NCBI GenBank assembly: GCA_963663235.2
Contig: CAXXNO010000008.1
Span: forward strand, 168,103-232,102
Length of the DNA stretch: 64,000 bases
Source: Dehalococcoidia bacterium
GTDB taxonomy: Bacteria; Chloroflexota; Dehalococcoidia; Bin125
Direction of reading: 5' to 3'
Shown: positions 20,878-30,490 of the stretch, one piece after another
How the letters are laid out: every line of letters starts with the position of its first letter
Numbering within the stretch: position 1 is the stretch's first letter
Program-made: the position numbers and the translations under genes
The notes under the pieces: generated by a model
The model's database searches: none
What the model saw: only the letters and a program-made list of their open reading frames with translations
Told to the model about the DNA's origin: nothing

Positions 20878-21918
20878 ATGGGGTTGATCGGTTCGCGCTT
20901 CGTTCGACGCAGGCTTCTGTTCTTTATACCGCAACTCCTTCTCGTTACGGTTATCACCTTTTCGCTCATCGAGTTCTTGCCGGGCGACCCGACAGACATC
21001 CTGGTAGGCCCGCTAGCGCTACCGGAAGACAGGCAGCGCCTGCGGGAGAGCCTTGGACTCGATGATCCCGTCGTCGACCGATATTTCCGCTACGTCGGAA
21101 ACGTCGTGACAGGGGACCTTGGCTACTCCTGGTATAACTCGCAGGCTGTGACACGCATCGTCGGCGAACGGCTTCCGCGTACACTCGAGCTGATCACAAT
21201 CACTCTCCTCGTCGCTCTCATAATCATGATTCCGCTGGGCGCGCGCGCAGCAACGCTGCGGAGGACGGGCAAGGCTGCAATCGCTGACAAGGCGATCGGA
21301 AAGGTGATCCAGGTGTATGGGCTGCTTGCTGGATCCTTGGCCGATTTCTGGGTGGCGCTGATCCTCATCTTCGTCTTCTACGCGTCTCTGGGCTGGTCAC
21401 CGCTTCCGAACGGCGCGTTTGGACTGGGCGTGGACAAACCGCCGAATGTTACGGGGTTTCTCACTATCGATACGGTCATCAGCGGAAACGGCGCCGCGTT
21501 AAAGTCGTACTTGGGGCATCTGGTGCTGCCCGTCGCGACGCTGGTTTTTGTCTACGGCGGTGGGATCCTGAAAATCACGATCGCCAGTATGGCGGAGATC
21601 AAAAACAGTCTGTACCTGGAGAATGCGCAGGCCATGGGGCTGAAGAGCAACACTCTGCGTAGCATCCAATTTCGCAACGCACTGCCTCCAGTGCTGACCA
21701 TGATTGGCATGGTGTACGGCTTCCTTCTGGGTGGCGCCGTATTGGTAGAGGCGATCTTCGGCCTCAACGGTTTCGGAAAGTTTGGTGTCGACTCGGTGCT
21801 CCAGTCGGATTTCATCGCTGCGCAGAGCTTCGTCCTCATCGCAGCCGTCTGGGTCATGTTGGTCTACCTGATCGTTGACCTGCTGCTCGCGTGGACCGAT
21901 CCGAGGCTGCGGTTGTGA
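20878..21918 (+). CDS. ABC transporter permease, DppB/OppB-like
   Basis: LPGDP, LGLDDP, GDLGYS, RNALPP, GAVLVEAIFG. Confidence 0.92.
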   Translation: MGLIGSRFVRRRLLFFIPQLLLVTVITFSLIEFLPGDPTDILVGPLALPEDRQRLRESLGLDDPVVDRYFRYVGNVVTGDLGYSWYNSQAVTRIVGERLPRTLELITITLLVALIIMIPLGARAATLRRTGKAAIADKAIGKVIQVYGLLAGSLADFWVALILIFVFYASLGWSPLPNGAFGLGVDKPPNVTGFLTIDTVISGNGAALKSYLGHLVLPVATLVFVYGGGILKITIASMAEIKNSLYLENAQAMGLKSNTLRSIQFRNALPPVLTMIGMVYGFLLGGAVLVEAIFGLNGFGKFGVDSVLQSDFIAAQSFVLIAAVWVMLVYLIVDLLLAWTDPRLRL

Positions 21919-22871
21919 GAAGATCCAGGTTCCTCGCCGCAGTAACTCCACGGCTCGAGTTGCTGGGTGGCACTCGCCTGCTGACTGTGCGTCGACCGGG
22001 ACTGCAGGCGGGGCTGATCTACGGCGGCGTGGTGATCCTCATCATCTTGACAGCGATCGGCCCGGAGCTGGGGAGCTGGCTCGAAGGCTGGGCGCCGAAA
22101 GCGTTCACCTGGGGATCAGAAGAGGTCGACTCCGGCCATGCTCTGGAGGCACCGAGCGGCCGGCATCTCTTCGGGACAGACGCGATCGGAATGGACATCT
22201 TCATGCGTATCCTCGCAGCTCCTCGGATCAACCTGTTCATCGGCCTCACGGCGGGCGCCATCTCTGTGGCTATCGGCTTGCCGTTGGGCTTGATCGCGGG
22301 CTATGTGGGCGGACGCGGCCGGGCGGCGAGCTTCCTCAGCGAGCTGATCATGCGGGCTCAGGACGTGTTGCAGTCGTTTCCCGTGTTTGTCTTCGCCTTG
22401 GTGCTGGTGGCTGTGCGTGGCCTCTCCGTGGAAAACGTTATTATCGCCTTGACGATCGTGAATCTGCCAGCGTTCGCGCGCCTGGCGCGGGCGGAGATGC
22501 TCTTGGTGCGCGAGCAACCCTACGCGGATGCGGCCCGGATCTTGGGTCACTCCAACGCGTGGATCATCTTCCGGCACCTGGCACCGAACTCTATCGCCTC
22601 CAGCCTGGCGACTGTCCCGATGGTTATCGGCTTCGTTATCCTTTTCACGGCGAGCCTGAGCTTCGTGGGCGCCGGCGTGCCGCCCCCCACCCCAGAGTTA
22701 GGTGGGATGATAGCCCGGGGTGCCAACAACATGGTGACAGGTGAGTGGTGGCCGTCCGTCTTCCCCGGCGTCGCGCTCGGCCTGATCGTGCTCATCTTGG
22801 CGTTCGCTGCGCAGGATATCGCGGCGCGCATGCGGAGCGTCAAGCGGCCCGCACAGGTGGCGTCACGGTAG
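21891..22871 (+). CDS. ABC transporter permease, DppC/OppC-like
   Basis: HLFGTDAIGMD, RHLAPN, LSFVGAG.PPPTPELG, WWPSVFPG. Confidence 0.92.
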   Translation: MDRSEAAVVRRSRFLAAVTPRLELLGGTRLLTVRRPGLQAGLIYGGVVILIILTAIGPELGSWLEGWAPKAFTWGSEEVDSGHALEAPSGRHLFGTDAIGMDIFMRILAAPRINLFIGLTAGAISVAIGLPLGLIAGYVGGRGRAASFLSELIMRAQDVLQSFPVFVFALVLVAVRGLSVENVIIALTIVNLPAFARLARAEMLLVREQPYADAARILGHSNAWIIFRHLAPNSIASSLATVPMVIGFVILFTASLSFVGAGVPPPTPELGGMIARGANNMVTGEWWPSVFPGVALGLIVLILAFAAQDIAARMRSVKRPAQVASR

Positions 22872-23114
22872 CCTGGGCCGAACCCGGAAGATCCAGAGGC
22901 GCTCGAGCTTCGGATCGATGGCCCAACAGGCAGCAACCCACGAACAGTGAGAAACGCGAGGCGCTGCTGGAGGAGATCTGTTGACCGCCGAAGGTCGGCA
23001 ATCAGAGGCTCGGTTCACTCAATCCCAGCCGCAAGCTGGACGGCGCACGGTAGCAACGGGTTTCGTCCTTGCGGGCGGGACGTCACCGTGGCACTCCCGC
23101 CGGGAAGTATGTGG

Positions 23115-23325
23115 TGGTGACTACCTGCCAAAGATCGTCGGGATTGCTAGTGCCCTCGAGTTAATGTGGACGGGTCGTGCCTTTGACGCGCAGGAGGCGC
23201 TCCAATTGGGTTACGTATCCCGGGCGATATCCGACGACCCACTCGTGCCGGAGATAAGAGCGTTTGCGCAAACACTCGCCGGCGGCCCCGCAGTCGCGAT
23301 CCAGCTGACCAAGCGCCTCATCGCC
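23115..23325 (+). pseudogene. Enoyl-CoA hydratase C-terminal fragment
   Basis: YLPKIVG...ALELMWTGR.FDAQEA..LG.V, P.AIQLTKRL. Confidence 0.7.
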
Positions 23326-23618
23326 GCCCGCCCCGACTTTACGCATGTCCGCACCCGCCACCGCTCACCCGAGACCAACGCAGTCATCGAACGCTTCGTC
23401 GGGGCGCTGAAGTACGAGCACCGCTACTGGGATGACATGGAGGACGGGGCCATGGTCGCCCGTGCGGTCGCGCGCTCCTGCCAGCTCTCCAACGCCGTCC
23501 GCCCCCCCGCGAGGCCCCCGGCTTCCGCACGCCCCTCACTGCCTGGCAGCACCTCGACCGGCCGCCGACAGCAAAGCTCTCCGGGGGCGGATCTGTCTCA
23601 TCTCGCTGACACGGGACA
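23326..23618 (+). mobile_element. Degenerate integrase-core transposase 3' remnant
   Basis: HVRTR..PETNAVIERF..LKYE..N.VRP. Confidence 0.65.
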
Positions 23619-23778
23619 CATCTTGCGCGCCGAGGCTCTTGCGATTCGCGCGCCGTGAATCTGATCGCCCTGCCTCCTCCAACGCACGGTCGCCAACAAA
23701 CAGCCACGAACGTGCAGTTGTCCCGCTTGACGTCTGTGCTAGCCTCCCACTGCAGTTCACAGGCTGGACGGTGCGAAG

Positions 23779-24732
23779 ATGCTCAAGCCAGGATTCTTGA
23801 TCACGGCGCCGCCGGGCCAGCGTAAAGTCGTCATCGATGTTGCCCAGGAGCTGGAGCATCGAGGCTTTTCGCACATCTTCTGTCCCCATGACACTACGCC
23901 AGCAGTTCTGCACGGGGTTGCCGCGCCATATGACAGCTTGAGCCTCTGCACCGCCATGATCCAGGCCACGAACCGAATCAAAGTCGGCAGCGGGGTGGCC
24001 ATCACGTACACGCGCCATCCGGCGGAGATGGCGGCCGCGGCAGCGTTCAACCACGAGATCAGCGGCGGCCGCTTCTATCTGGGCCTCGGTCCAAGCCATG
24101 ACATTATCCTCAAGCACTTCAACATCGAGTCCGAGAAGCCGCTCGGCCACATGCGCGGCTACGTCGCGCAGGTCCGCGCCGCCGCAGCGGGCCAGCCGAT
24201 GCCGCCTATCATCCTCGGCGCGCTCCGCAGGAAAATGGTCCATCTGGCCGGAGAAATTGCCGATGGAGTGCTCGGTGCCAACTGGGCCCTGTCACATGTG
24301 CCGGAGTCGCTGAACGAGATCCCAAAGGCAAAACCGGACACGTTCCTCATGGGCCATATTGTCCCCGTTTGGATTTGCGAGGATCGGCGCGAAGGTCTCT
24401 CTGTTTTCCAACGGTGGATCGCCTACGCGATGACGATGGCGAATTACGCCCGATACTACCGTGAGGCAGGATACGTGGAGGAAGTCGAGCGGAGCACGGC
24501 GGCCACCAGCGTAAACGACACTGCGGCCGCCGAGGCAGCGATTTCTGAGCGGATGGCTGAGGACATTGGAATCTTTGGCACCCCCCCTCAGGTCCGAGAA
24601 CGGATTGAGGAGTGGCAGGCTGCCGGCGTGAACTGGCTGACCTTGCAACCCGTCTACTCAAGCCGTGCGAGCTTCAGCAGCAAGAAGGGCTATCCGGCGG
24701 CAATTATGGCCCTGGCCGACATCTTTAAATAG
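23779..24732 (+). CDS. LLM-class flavin-dependent oxidoreductase
   Basis: RIKVGSGV, EISGGRFYLGLG, AGEIADG, GTP..V..RI. Confidence 0.9.
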   Translation: MLKPGFLITAPPGQRKVVIDVAQELEHRGFSHIFCPHDTTPAVLHGVAAPYDSLSLCTAMIQATNRIKVGSGVAITYTRHPAEMAAAAAFNHEISGGRFYLGLGPSHDIILKHFNIESEKPLGHMRGYVAQVRAAAAGQPMPPIILGALRRKMVHLAGEIADGVLGANWALSHVPESLNEIPKAKPDTFLMGHIVPVWICEDRREGLSVFQRWIAYAMTMANYARYYREAGYVEEVERSTAATSVNDTAAAEAAISERMAEDIGIFGTPPQVRERIEEWQAAGVNWLTLQPVYSSRASFSSKKGYPAAIMALADIFK

Positions 24733-24893
24733 CGTTCGGAGCTGCTCGCGGTCCTGTGGTGGCGGAAGAGGCCTGGCGAACGGCCCGTACACGCCGCGGC
24801 CACTCGTGGCCGTATCTCCGGTGGTTCGTTTGCTCCTACAGCGGCCGGACGACGAAGCGGTAAGGGTCCGCAGAGACGCCGGCAGAACAGGCC

Positions 24894-25352
24894 ACGGCGG
24901 AAACGACGAAGTCCTTTGAGGACTTTCGAATCGAGGAGAAGTTCTCTATCCCGTCCAAGACGCTGACGGATGCGCACTTCCCGTTCTTCTCCGCACTCAC
25001 CGGCGACACCAACCCGATCCACTACGATCATGAGTTCGCCAAAGGCACCCGGTTCGGCAAGCGGGTGACACACGGCCTGCTGCTCGCAAGCATGACCGCG
25101 GCGGGCGCGTCAACGCTGAACCCGCTGTTTGAGGGTTCGATCGTGGCGTTCGTGGAGCAGGCGTCGCGCTTTCTCCAGCCGGTGTTGATCGGGGACACGA
25201 TCTATCCGGAGCTGGAGGTGAGCGCGCTGGTCCCCAAGACCAAGGTGAGGCTGGTGCGGCTCACCAGTCGACTCACCAATCAGCGGAACGAGCTCTGCCT
25301 GGAGGGCATGCACGCCTCCCTCATTCAGAAGCGCCCGTCGCCAACGGGGTGA
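24894..25352 (+). pseudogene. MaoC-family dehydratase; start codon appears mutated to ACG
   Basis: In frame: K(S)FEDF, LTGDTNPIHYD.EFA..TRFG.R..HG, PV.IGDT, NQRNELCLEG. Confidence 0.75.
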
Positions 25353-25397
25353 CGGCTCGCGAGCGGCGATGCCCGGCAGCGGGGAGGAGGACAGCGA

Positions 25398-25530
25398 TTG
25401 AGCGAGTTTGGGATCATGCTCCCGCGAGCGGGCGAGCGGAGCAATCCGGAGAGCATGCACCGGATGTCGCAGCGGGCGGAGGCGCTGGGCTTCGGGTCCT
25501 GCTGGCTCTCCGACCATACCACTGACGCTA
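25398..25530 (+). pseudogene. N-terminal fragment of an LLM oxidoreductase
   Basis: FGIMLP...RAEALGF.S.WLSDH, after which similarity ends. Confidence 0.7.
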
Positions 25531-25671
25531 TGACCCCCGTGCGGCGCAAGCTGGACATTGAGTTGGGCTGTTACGCGCCGCGCTGAGAACAGCACTGTTC
25601 AGCGCGAGCCCGCTGCTCGTCGCGCGTTGTCCAGCGCCGTCTTACCTGCAGGTGCGAGTCCGCCCTGCCAA

Positions 25672-26511
25672 TTAGGCCACCGGCCGGGGAGCCCCTTCAT
25701 CCTCCTCCGATACGCGGAAGAAATCTTCGATCGCTCCGTTCGGAGGTATCCGTAGCGCTGCGTCAAGACGGATCACGTCGCCGTTGAGATACGGATTGTC
25801 AATGATGTGGCGGACCAAACGAGCAAACTCCTCCGGCCTGCCCATGCGTTGCGGGAAAGGCACGGACTTACGGACCTCACGGAGCACGTCCTGCGCTTCT
25901 TGCGGCACACTGGCTACCATTGGTGTGTCGAACAATCCGGGGGCAATGGCGATCACCCGGATACCGTGAGGAGCGAGATCGCGAGCGATGGGCAGCGTCA
26001 TGGTCGCAATCCCACCCTTCGAGGCGACGTAGGCCGCTTGGCCACTCTGTCCCTCGTAGGCTGCTATCGAAGTGGTACTGATTAACACTCCGCGCTCGCC
26101 GTCCGGACCTGCGTCGTTCTGAGCCATGGCCGCCGCCGCCAGCCGGATCACGTTGAAGGTTCCGACGAGGTTGACTTCAATGATGTTCGTGAACCACTCG
26201 AGCTCGTGCGGCCCGGCTTTGCTCAGGACGCGCTTGCATCCCCCGATCCCGTGGCAGTTGATGGCGACGTCGAGTCTGCCGAAGCGCTCTCTGGCCGTGC
26301 GAATCGCAGCTTCCACCTGTTCGGGGTTGCGGACGTCAGCGGCGACATGCTCAGCGGCCTCTCCTAACTCTGCAGAGAGCGCTTGCCCCTTCTCGCTATC
26401 GACGTCGACGAGGACGACGCTTCCACCTGCCTCTACGATCATGCGGGCCGATGCCTCACCCAGCCCCGAGGCACCTCCGGTGATCAAGGCGACTCTCTGC
26501 GTCGGGTCCAT
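25672..26511 (-). CDS. SDR family, 3-hydroxyacyl-CoA dehydrogenase type II-like
   Basis: TGGASGLG, VNLVGTFNVIRLAA, YVASKGG, VPFP.RMG.PEEF, NPYLNG. Confidence 0.92.
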   Translation of the reverse strand: MDPTQRVALITGGASGLGEASARMIVEAGGSVVLVDVDSEKGQALSAELGEAAEHVAADVRNPEQVEAAIRTARERFGRLDVAINCHGIGGCKRVLSKAGPHELEWFTNIIEVNLVGTFNVIRLAAAAMAQNDAGPDGERGVLISTTSIAAYEGQSGQAAYVASKGGIATMTLPIARDLAPHGIRVIAIAPGLFDTPMVASVPQEAQDVLREVRKSVPFPQRMGRPEEFARLVRHIIDNPYLNGDVIRLDAALRIPPNGAIEDFFRVSEEDEGAPRPVA

Positions 26512-26758
26512 GCTTCATCCTCATCTAGGTTTCGCGCGAGCTGATGTCGGCGCCAAACTATATTGGTGAGCAGACGTGTTGTCCACGATTTCCAGCCGCC
26601 TCGCCGCGGCGGCCTGGACGCTATCATGGCTGGACCGACACGACAAGCGGTTGTCTGTCGAGGACCGAGCTGAGATTGCGAACGGCGCTAGGAGATCCAT
26701 CTTGCCCCGCGGCGAGCGAGCGACGAGCGCCGAGACGAACCGTAAGGAGGAACGCAGC

Positions 26759-27640
26759 ATGGCAAAAGAGATCTTCTGTGCCTTCGGAATCGACGTCGAT
26801 GCCGTCGCCGGCTGGCTGGGATCCTACGGCGGCCAGGACTCCCCGACCGACATCTCCCGCGGGGTCTTCGCCGGCGAGGTCGGAGCACCACGCCTGCTTC
26901 AACTCTTCGAACGGTTTGGCATCAAGACCACCTGGTTTATTCCCGGCCACTCGATCGAGACGTTTCCCGACGAGATGCGCGCGGTAGCCGAGCAGGGCCA
27001 TGAGATCGGCCTGCACGGCTATTCGCACGAGAACCCGGTCGCCATGACCCCAGAGCAGGAAGAGGCCGTCCTCGACAAGTGCATCGAGTTGATCGAGGGA
27101 CTAAGCGGCAGCCGCCCCCGCGGCTACGTGGCGCCCTGGTGGGAGTTCAGCCCGATCACGAACGAACTGCTGCTGAAGAAAGGGATCAAGTACGACCACA
27201 GTCTGCACCACGATGATGTCCACCCCTACTACGCCCGCGTGGGTGATCGCTGGACGAATATTGACTTCTCCAAGTCCGCAAGCGAGTGGATGAAACCGCT
27301 GGTCCGGGGGCAGGAGACCGATCTGATCGAGATTCCAGGAAACTGGTATCTCGACGATCTACCGCCGATGATGTTCATTAAGGCGGCCCCCAACAGCCAT
27401 GGCTTCGTCAATCCGCGCCATCTCGAAGAGATCTGGCGCGATCAGTTCGATTGGGTCTACCGCGAATACGACTACGCGGTCTTCACCATGACCATTCACC
27501 CCGATGTCTCGGGACGCCCGCAGGTGCTGCTCATGCTGGAGCGGCTGTATACGTACATGACCCGCCATCCTGGCGTTCAATTCCGCACCTTCGAAGAGAT
27601 CGCGGATGACTTCGCCCAGCGCAGTCCGCGCGGGGGCTAG
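26759..27640 (+). CDS. Polysaccharide deacetylase family protein (PuuE/HP0310-like)
   Basis: [43 protein letters not shown]; RBS AAGGAGG. Confidence 0.92.
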   Translation: MAKEIFCAFGIDVDAVAGWLGSYGGQDSPTDISRGVFAGEVGAPRLLQLFERFGIKTTWFIPGHSIETFPDEMRAVAEQGHEIGLHGYSHENPVAMTPEQEEAVLDKCIELIEGLSGSRPRGYVAPWWEFSPITNELLLKKGIKYDHSLHHDDVHPYYARVGDRWTNIDFSKSASEWMKPLVRGQETDLIEIPGNWYLDDLPPMMFIKAAPNSHGFVNPRHLEEIWRDQFDWVYREYDYAVFTMTIHPDVSGRPQVLLMLERLYTYMTRHPGVQFRTFEEIADDFAQRSPRGG

Positions 27641-28038
27641 AGGAGAGATAGGCATGCCGGGTCGCCGGCTTGCCGTTCCAGTGCAGTCGCTCCTAAGCGA
27701 TCTTGGCCGGGTTGGCGACCGGGGCTATCATTCCTCATAGTGTCGTCGTGGCGTAGAACTTCGCACGGCATGCGATCCGTGGGAAGCCGCTTCTCTGTCT
27801 GAGCTCCGACAGCGCCGGCGAGCGAATGGAACGCACTCAGATCGTCTAGCGCCGGAGACGCCTGCTCACTTCCATTCCCACATCCTGGTGCGCGTGTTGT
27901 CGGCAGCATCGGTCTCGTGCTCGCCGATCACCAGCGTCTCGTTGAGTCGCGCGAGCTTGCCTCGTGGGAGGACAAAACCCAGGCCGACGCGCATAACAGT
28001 GGTGCCGACCATGCTGGCCGAGCTTCTGGAGGTCGGTC

Positions 28039-28135
28039 ATGCTGCTCCACCTCGGCCTGCTGGTCGCCACACTGCGGCGGGTACTGCGCTCCCGCCACGA
28101 CCTGCTCCTGGAGAATCTCACGCCCAGGCAGCAGC
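28039..28135 (+). pseudogene. rve-transposase N-terminal remnant
   Basis: RSRHDLLLENL..RQQL. Confidence 0.7.
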
Positions 28136-28139
28136 TCCT

Positions 28140-28600
28140 TAAGGACGCGCTTGAGCGTCGTTCGGCTGCCGCGCCCACGAAGGCGCTCCAAGATCTGCGC
28201 CTCCAGCATCGCGCGGGCTTGGTCCAACGGCAGACAGTCCAGAAGGGCCTCCCGGACGTGGTGTGCCTCGACGTTGGGACCCACACCGAGGACCGCGTAG
28301 CGCCGGTCGCGCAGTTCGATAGCCATGCTCGGAGGGATATCATCGAACCGACCGATCGCTTTGAGGACGCGGCGATTCTCGTGACGCCGGCCGGGTGTAC
28401 GGCGCAGCGACATGAGAATGTCCGCCGCTCCGCCCCAAGCGCTACTCCCGCGCGCTGAGTCCCCAATATCGCCCCCGCTTTTTCGACCGTGGCGGACGAC
28501 GATGACCGAAACGCCGGCCTCCGCCAGGCGAGCGACATCCCGCAACGCGGCGAGGGCTTCCCCCGAGGAGTTCTCGCCTTCGCCAGGAATCTCGGCCCAC
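28140..28600 (-). pseudogene. C-terminal fragment of an AAA_25/RepA-like (SF4) helicase of mobile elements
   Basis: VIVVRHGRK..D.ARGSSAW..AAD...L motif; no Walker A visible. Confidence 0.65.
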
Positions 28601-28961
28601 GTCGGAGCCGGGAGCGTGGCGAAGAGAGCGGCCCGCTCCTGCTTCGCCTGCAGGCAGGCGGCCGTGAACGGGGGGTGGCGGTTGTAGCAGTCAAGGAGGT
28701 AGATGAGCCCGGCGGTGTCGAGGGCGCCGGCGAGGCGGGGATGGCTGGGGAAGCGTGCGCCTTGCGGGCTCACGGCCGATCCAGTTCAGTCATACTTGAA
28801 TGATAGTTCGCCGGCGAGGCGGAGATGGCCGGGAACGCGTTCGCACCGAGGGCTCACGGCCCGCTCCAATCGTTCATAGATGAATGATAGCGATCACGCG
28901 CTCCAAAGCCCACGGCGGCACGTCCGTTCGCCCGATTGCCCTCCAGATAGCGCACGGCGCC

Positions 28962-28989
28962 AACCTCGTCCCACAATTCGCAAAATGGC
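28962..28989 (+). repeat. 28-bp direct repeat, copy 1 (copy 2 at 30417-30444, one mismatch)
   Basis: AACCTCGTCCCACAATTC(G/C)CAAAATGGC. Confidence 0.9.
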
Positions 28990-28999
28990 GAGCGGCTGC

Positions 29000-29044
29000 C
29001 TTTTAATCCGAAGGTCCAGGGTTCGAACCCCTGAGGGCCCACCA
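29000..29044 (+). tRNA. 3' half of tRNA-Lys(TTT): att-site remnant, not a full gene
   Basis: Loop CTTTTAA, T-arm CAGGG-TTCGAAC-CCCTG, acceptor 3' strand AGGGCCC-A-CCA; upstream bases cannot pair as 5' anticodon or acceptor stem. Confidence 0.88.
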
Positions 29045-29183
29045 CCACGCTTCTTTATTAGGCCGGGCTGCAATCCGGTCGAAACCGGGTCTGGAGCTTC
29101 GGACTGCAACGGTTCTGCTCCGCGATTCGCTTGACTTCATCCCCCGATCAGAGCGTCCATGGATGGGCGAAAGGGGGGCAATC

Positions 29184-30143
29184 ATGGTCGCGGAACTGGT
29201 ACTTCAGACGGACGACGGCATGGGTCTGGGGGAGGCGATCGCGGCCTACCTCGCCGCCTGCGATGTCGAAGGGAAAAGCCCCCGCACCGTCGACGCCTAC
29301 GCCGAGACCCTGCGCCGCTTCCAGGCCGTCTGCCTCGCCGAGGCCCTGCCGGCCCGGGTCGCCGACTTCCGTCCTCCCCACGTCTACGCGTTCCTCAAGG
29401 CCGTCGCCGACAGCGGCGTCTCGCTGGGCACCCGGCACCGCCGCTTCCGCGAGACCCGCGCCTTCTTCTCCTGGTGCCTGCGCATGGGCGCCTGCGCGCG
29501 CCACCCCTTCACGGGCATCGCCAACGTGCGCGTGGAGCAGAAAGTGATCCAGCCGCTCAGTGAGGAGGACATCCAGGCCCTCCTGGCGGTCTGCGATTCC
29601 GGCGACGAGTTCGGCTGCCGCAACCGGGCCATCATCTTGCTCTTCCTCGACACCGGGATGCGCTACGCGGAGCTGCACCAGCTCACCCTGGCCGACGTGT
29701 CCTGGGAGGACCGCCGGATCCACATCCGCCACGGCAAGGGCCGCAAGCAGCGGGTGGTGCCGTTCGGCGATGGGCCGGAAGCGGCGCTGCGCGGATACAT
29801 CGACCGCTTCCGCGGCGAGGACGAGGGACCGTTGTTTCTGACCATCTCACGCTGGGGGGAGTCGCGGCGCCCGATGAACAAATACCTGTTGGGCACCCTG
29901 TTCGCGCGGCTCGGCGAGCGGGCCGGCGTGCACGCCAACCCGCACCGCTTCCGCCATACGTTCGCTACCTGGGCCATCGAGAACCATGCGCGGGAGCTGG
30001 ACGTGCAATACCTGCTCGGCCACTCGACGTCGGCGATGGTCCGTCGTTACTCCGCGACCTACGATGCCGCGAAAGCGGCCGACGCGCACGCCGCGTTCAG
30101 CCCCGCGGCGCGGTTTCTGGCGAGGTCGAACGGGACCGGTTAA
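29184..30143 (+). CDS. Tyrosine recombinase/integrase (XerC/D-like size)
   Basis: Catalytic set intact: DTGMRYAE (R), GKG (K), HRFRH, LLGH, RRY; SAM-like N-terminus. Confidence 0.93.
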   Translation: MVAELVLQTDDGMGLGEAIAAYLAACDVEGKSPRTVDAYAETLRRFQAVCLAEALPARVADFRPPHVYAFLKAVADSGVSLGTRHRRFRETRAFFSWCLRMGACARHPFTGIANVRVEQKVIQPLSEEDIQALLAVCDSGDEFGCRNRAIILLFLDTGMRYAELHQLTLADVSWEDRRIHIRHGKGRKQRVVPFGDGPEAALRGYIDRFRGEDEGPLFLTISRWGESRRPMNKYLLGTLFARLGERAGVHANPHRFRHTFATWAIENHARELDVQYLLGHSTSAMVRRYSATYDAAKAADAHAAFSPAARFLARSNGTG

Positions 30144-30166
30144 CCCTCTGCTTCCCAAGCAGAGGG
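30144..30166. other. Perfect 8-bp inverted repeat with 7-nt spacer; putative recombinase core site
   Basis: CCCTCTGC-TTCCCAA-GCAGAGGG directly after the integrase stop; no U-tract. Confidence 0.6.
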
Positions 30167-30416
30167 CCCACGGCGCCTGCGGCCAGCGCATGGCTTTCCT
30201 ATCTGGGGAGGCAGACCGCACGGAATAATGAGCCCCCACAGCCCGGGGAAGCGCCCTTTGCGGTCGCTTGCATTCATCCCTGCAGCCTACGGCGGGCGCG
30301 CGTGCCCTGCGGCATGCCGGACAGCGCTGTGCATCCGCTCGGAGGTGGCCGCCCGCGAACAGACGAATGGAGCCCGCCATCGGACGACTCGCGCGGGCAG
30401 GTCACGGATCGACCCG

Positions 30417-30444
30417 AACCTCGTCCCACAATTCCCAAAATGGC
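30417..30444 (+). repeat. 28-bp direct repeat, copy 2
   Basis: AACCTCGTCCCACAATTCCCAAAATGGC. Confidence 0.9.
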
Positions 30445-30490
30445 CGACGTTCTCCCTTATCCTTCATACGACCCACTAGGGAGAACCACG

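Noticed and set aside
22981-23658. 225-aa ORF as a real hydratase-integrase fusion protein
   Set aside because: Two decayed fragments joined in frame; catalytic regions of both are incomplete
28960-29044. Complete tRNA-Lys gene
   Set aside because: No 5' acceptor strand or D-arm, and GCTGC cannot pair with TCCGA; only the 3' half is present
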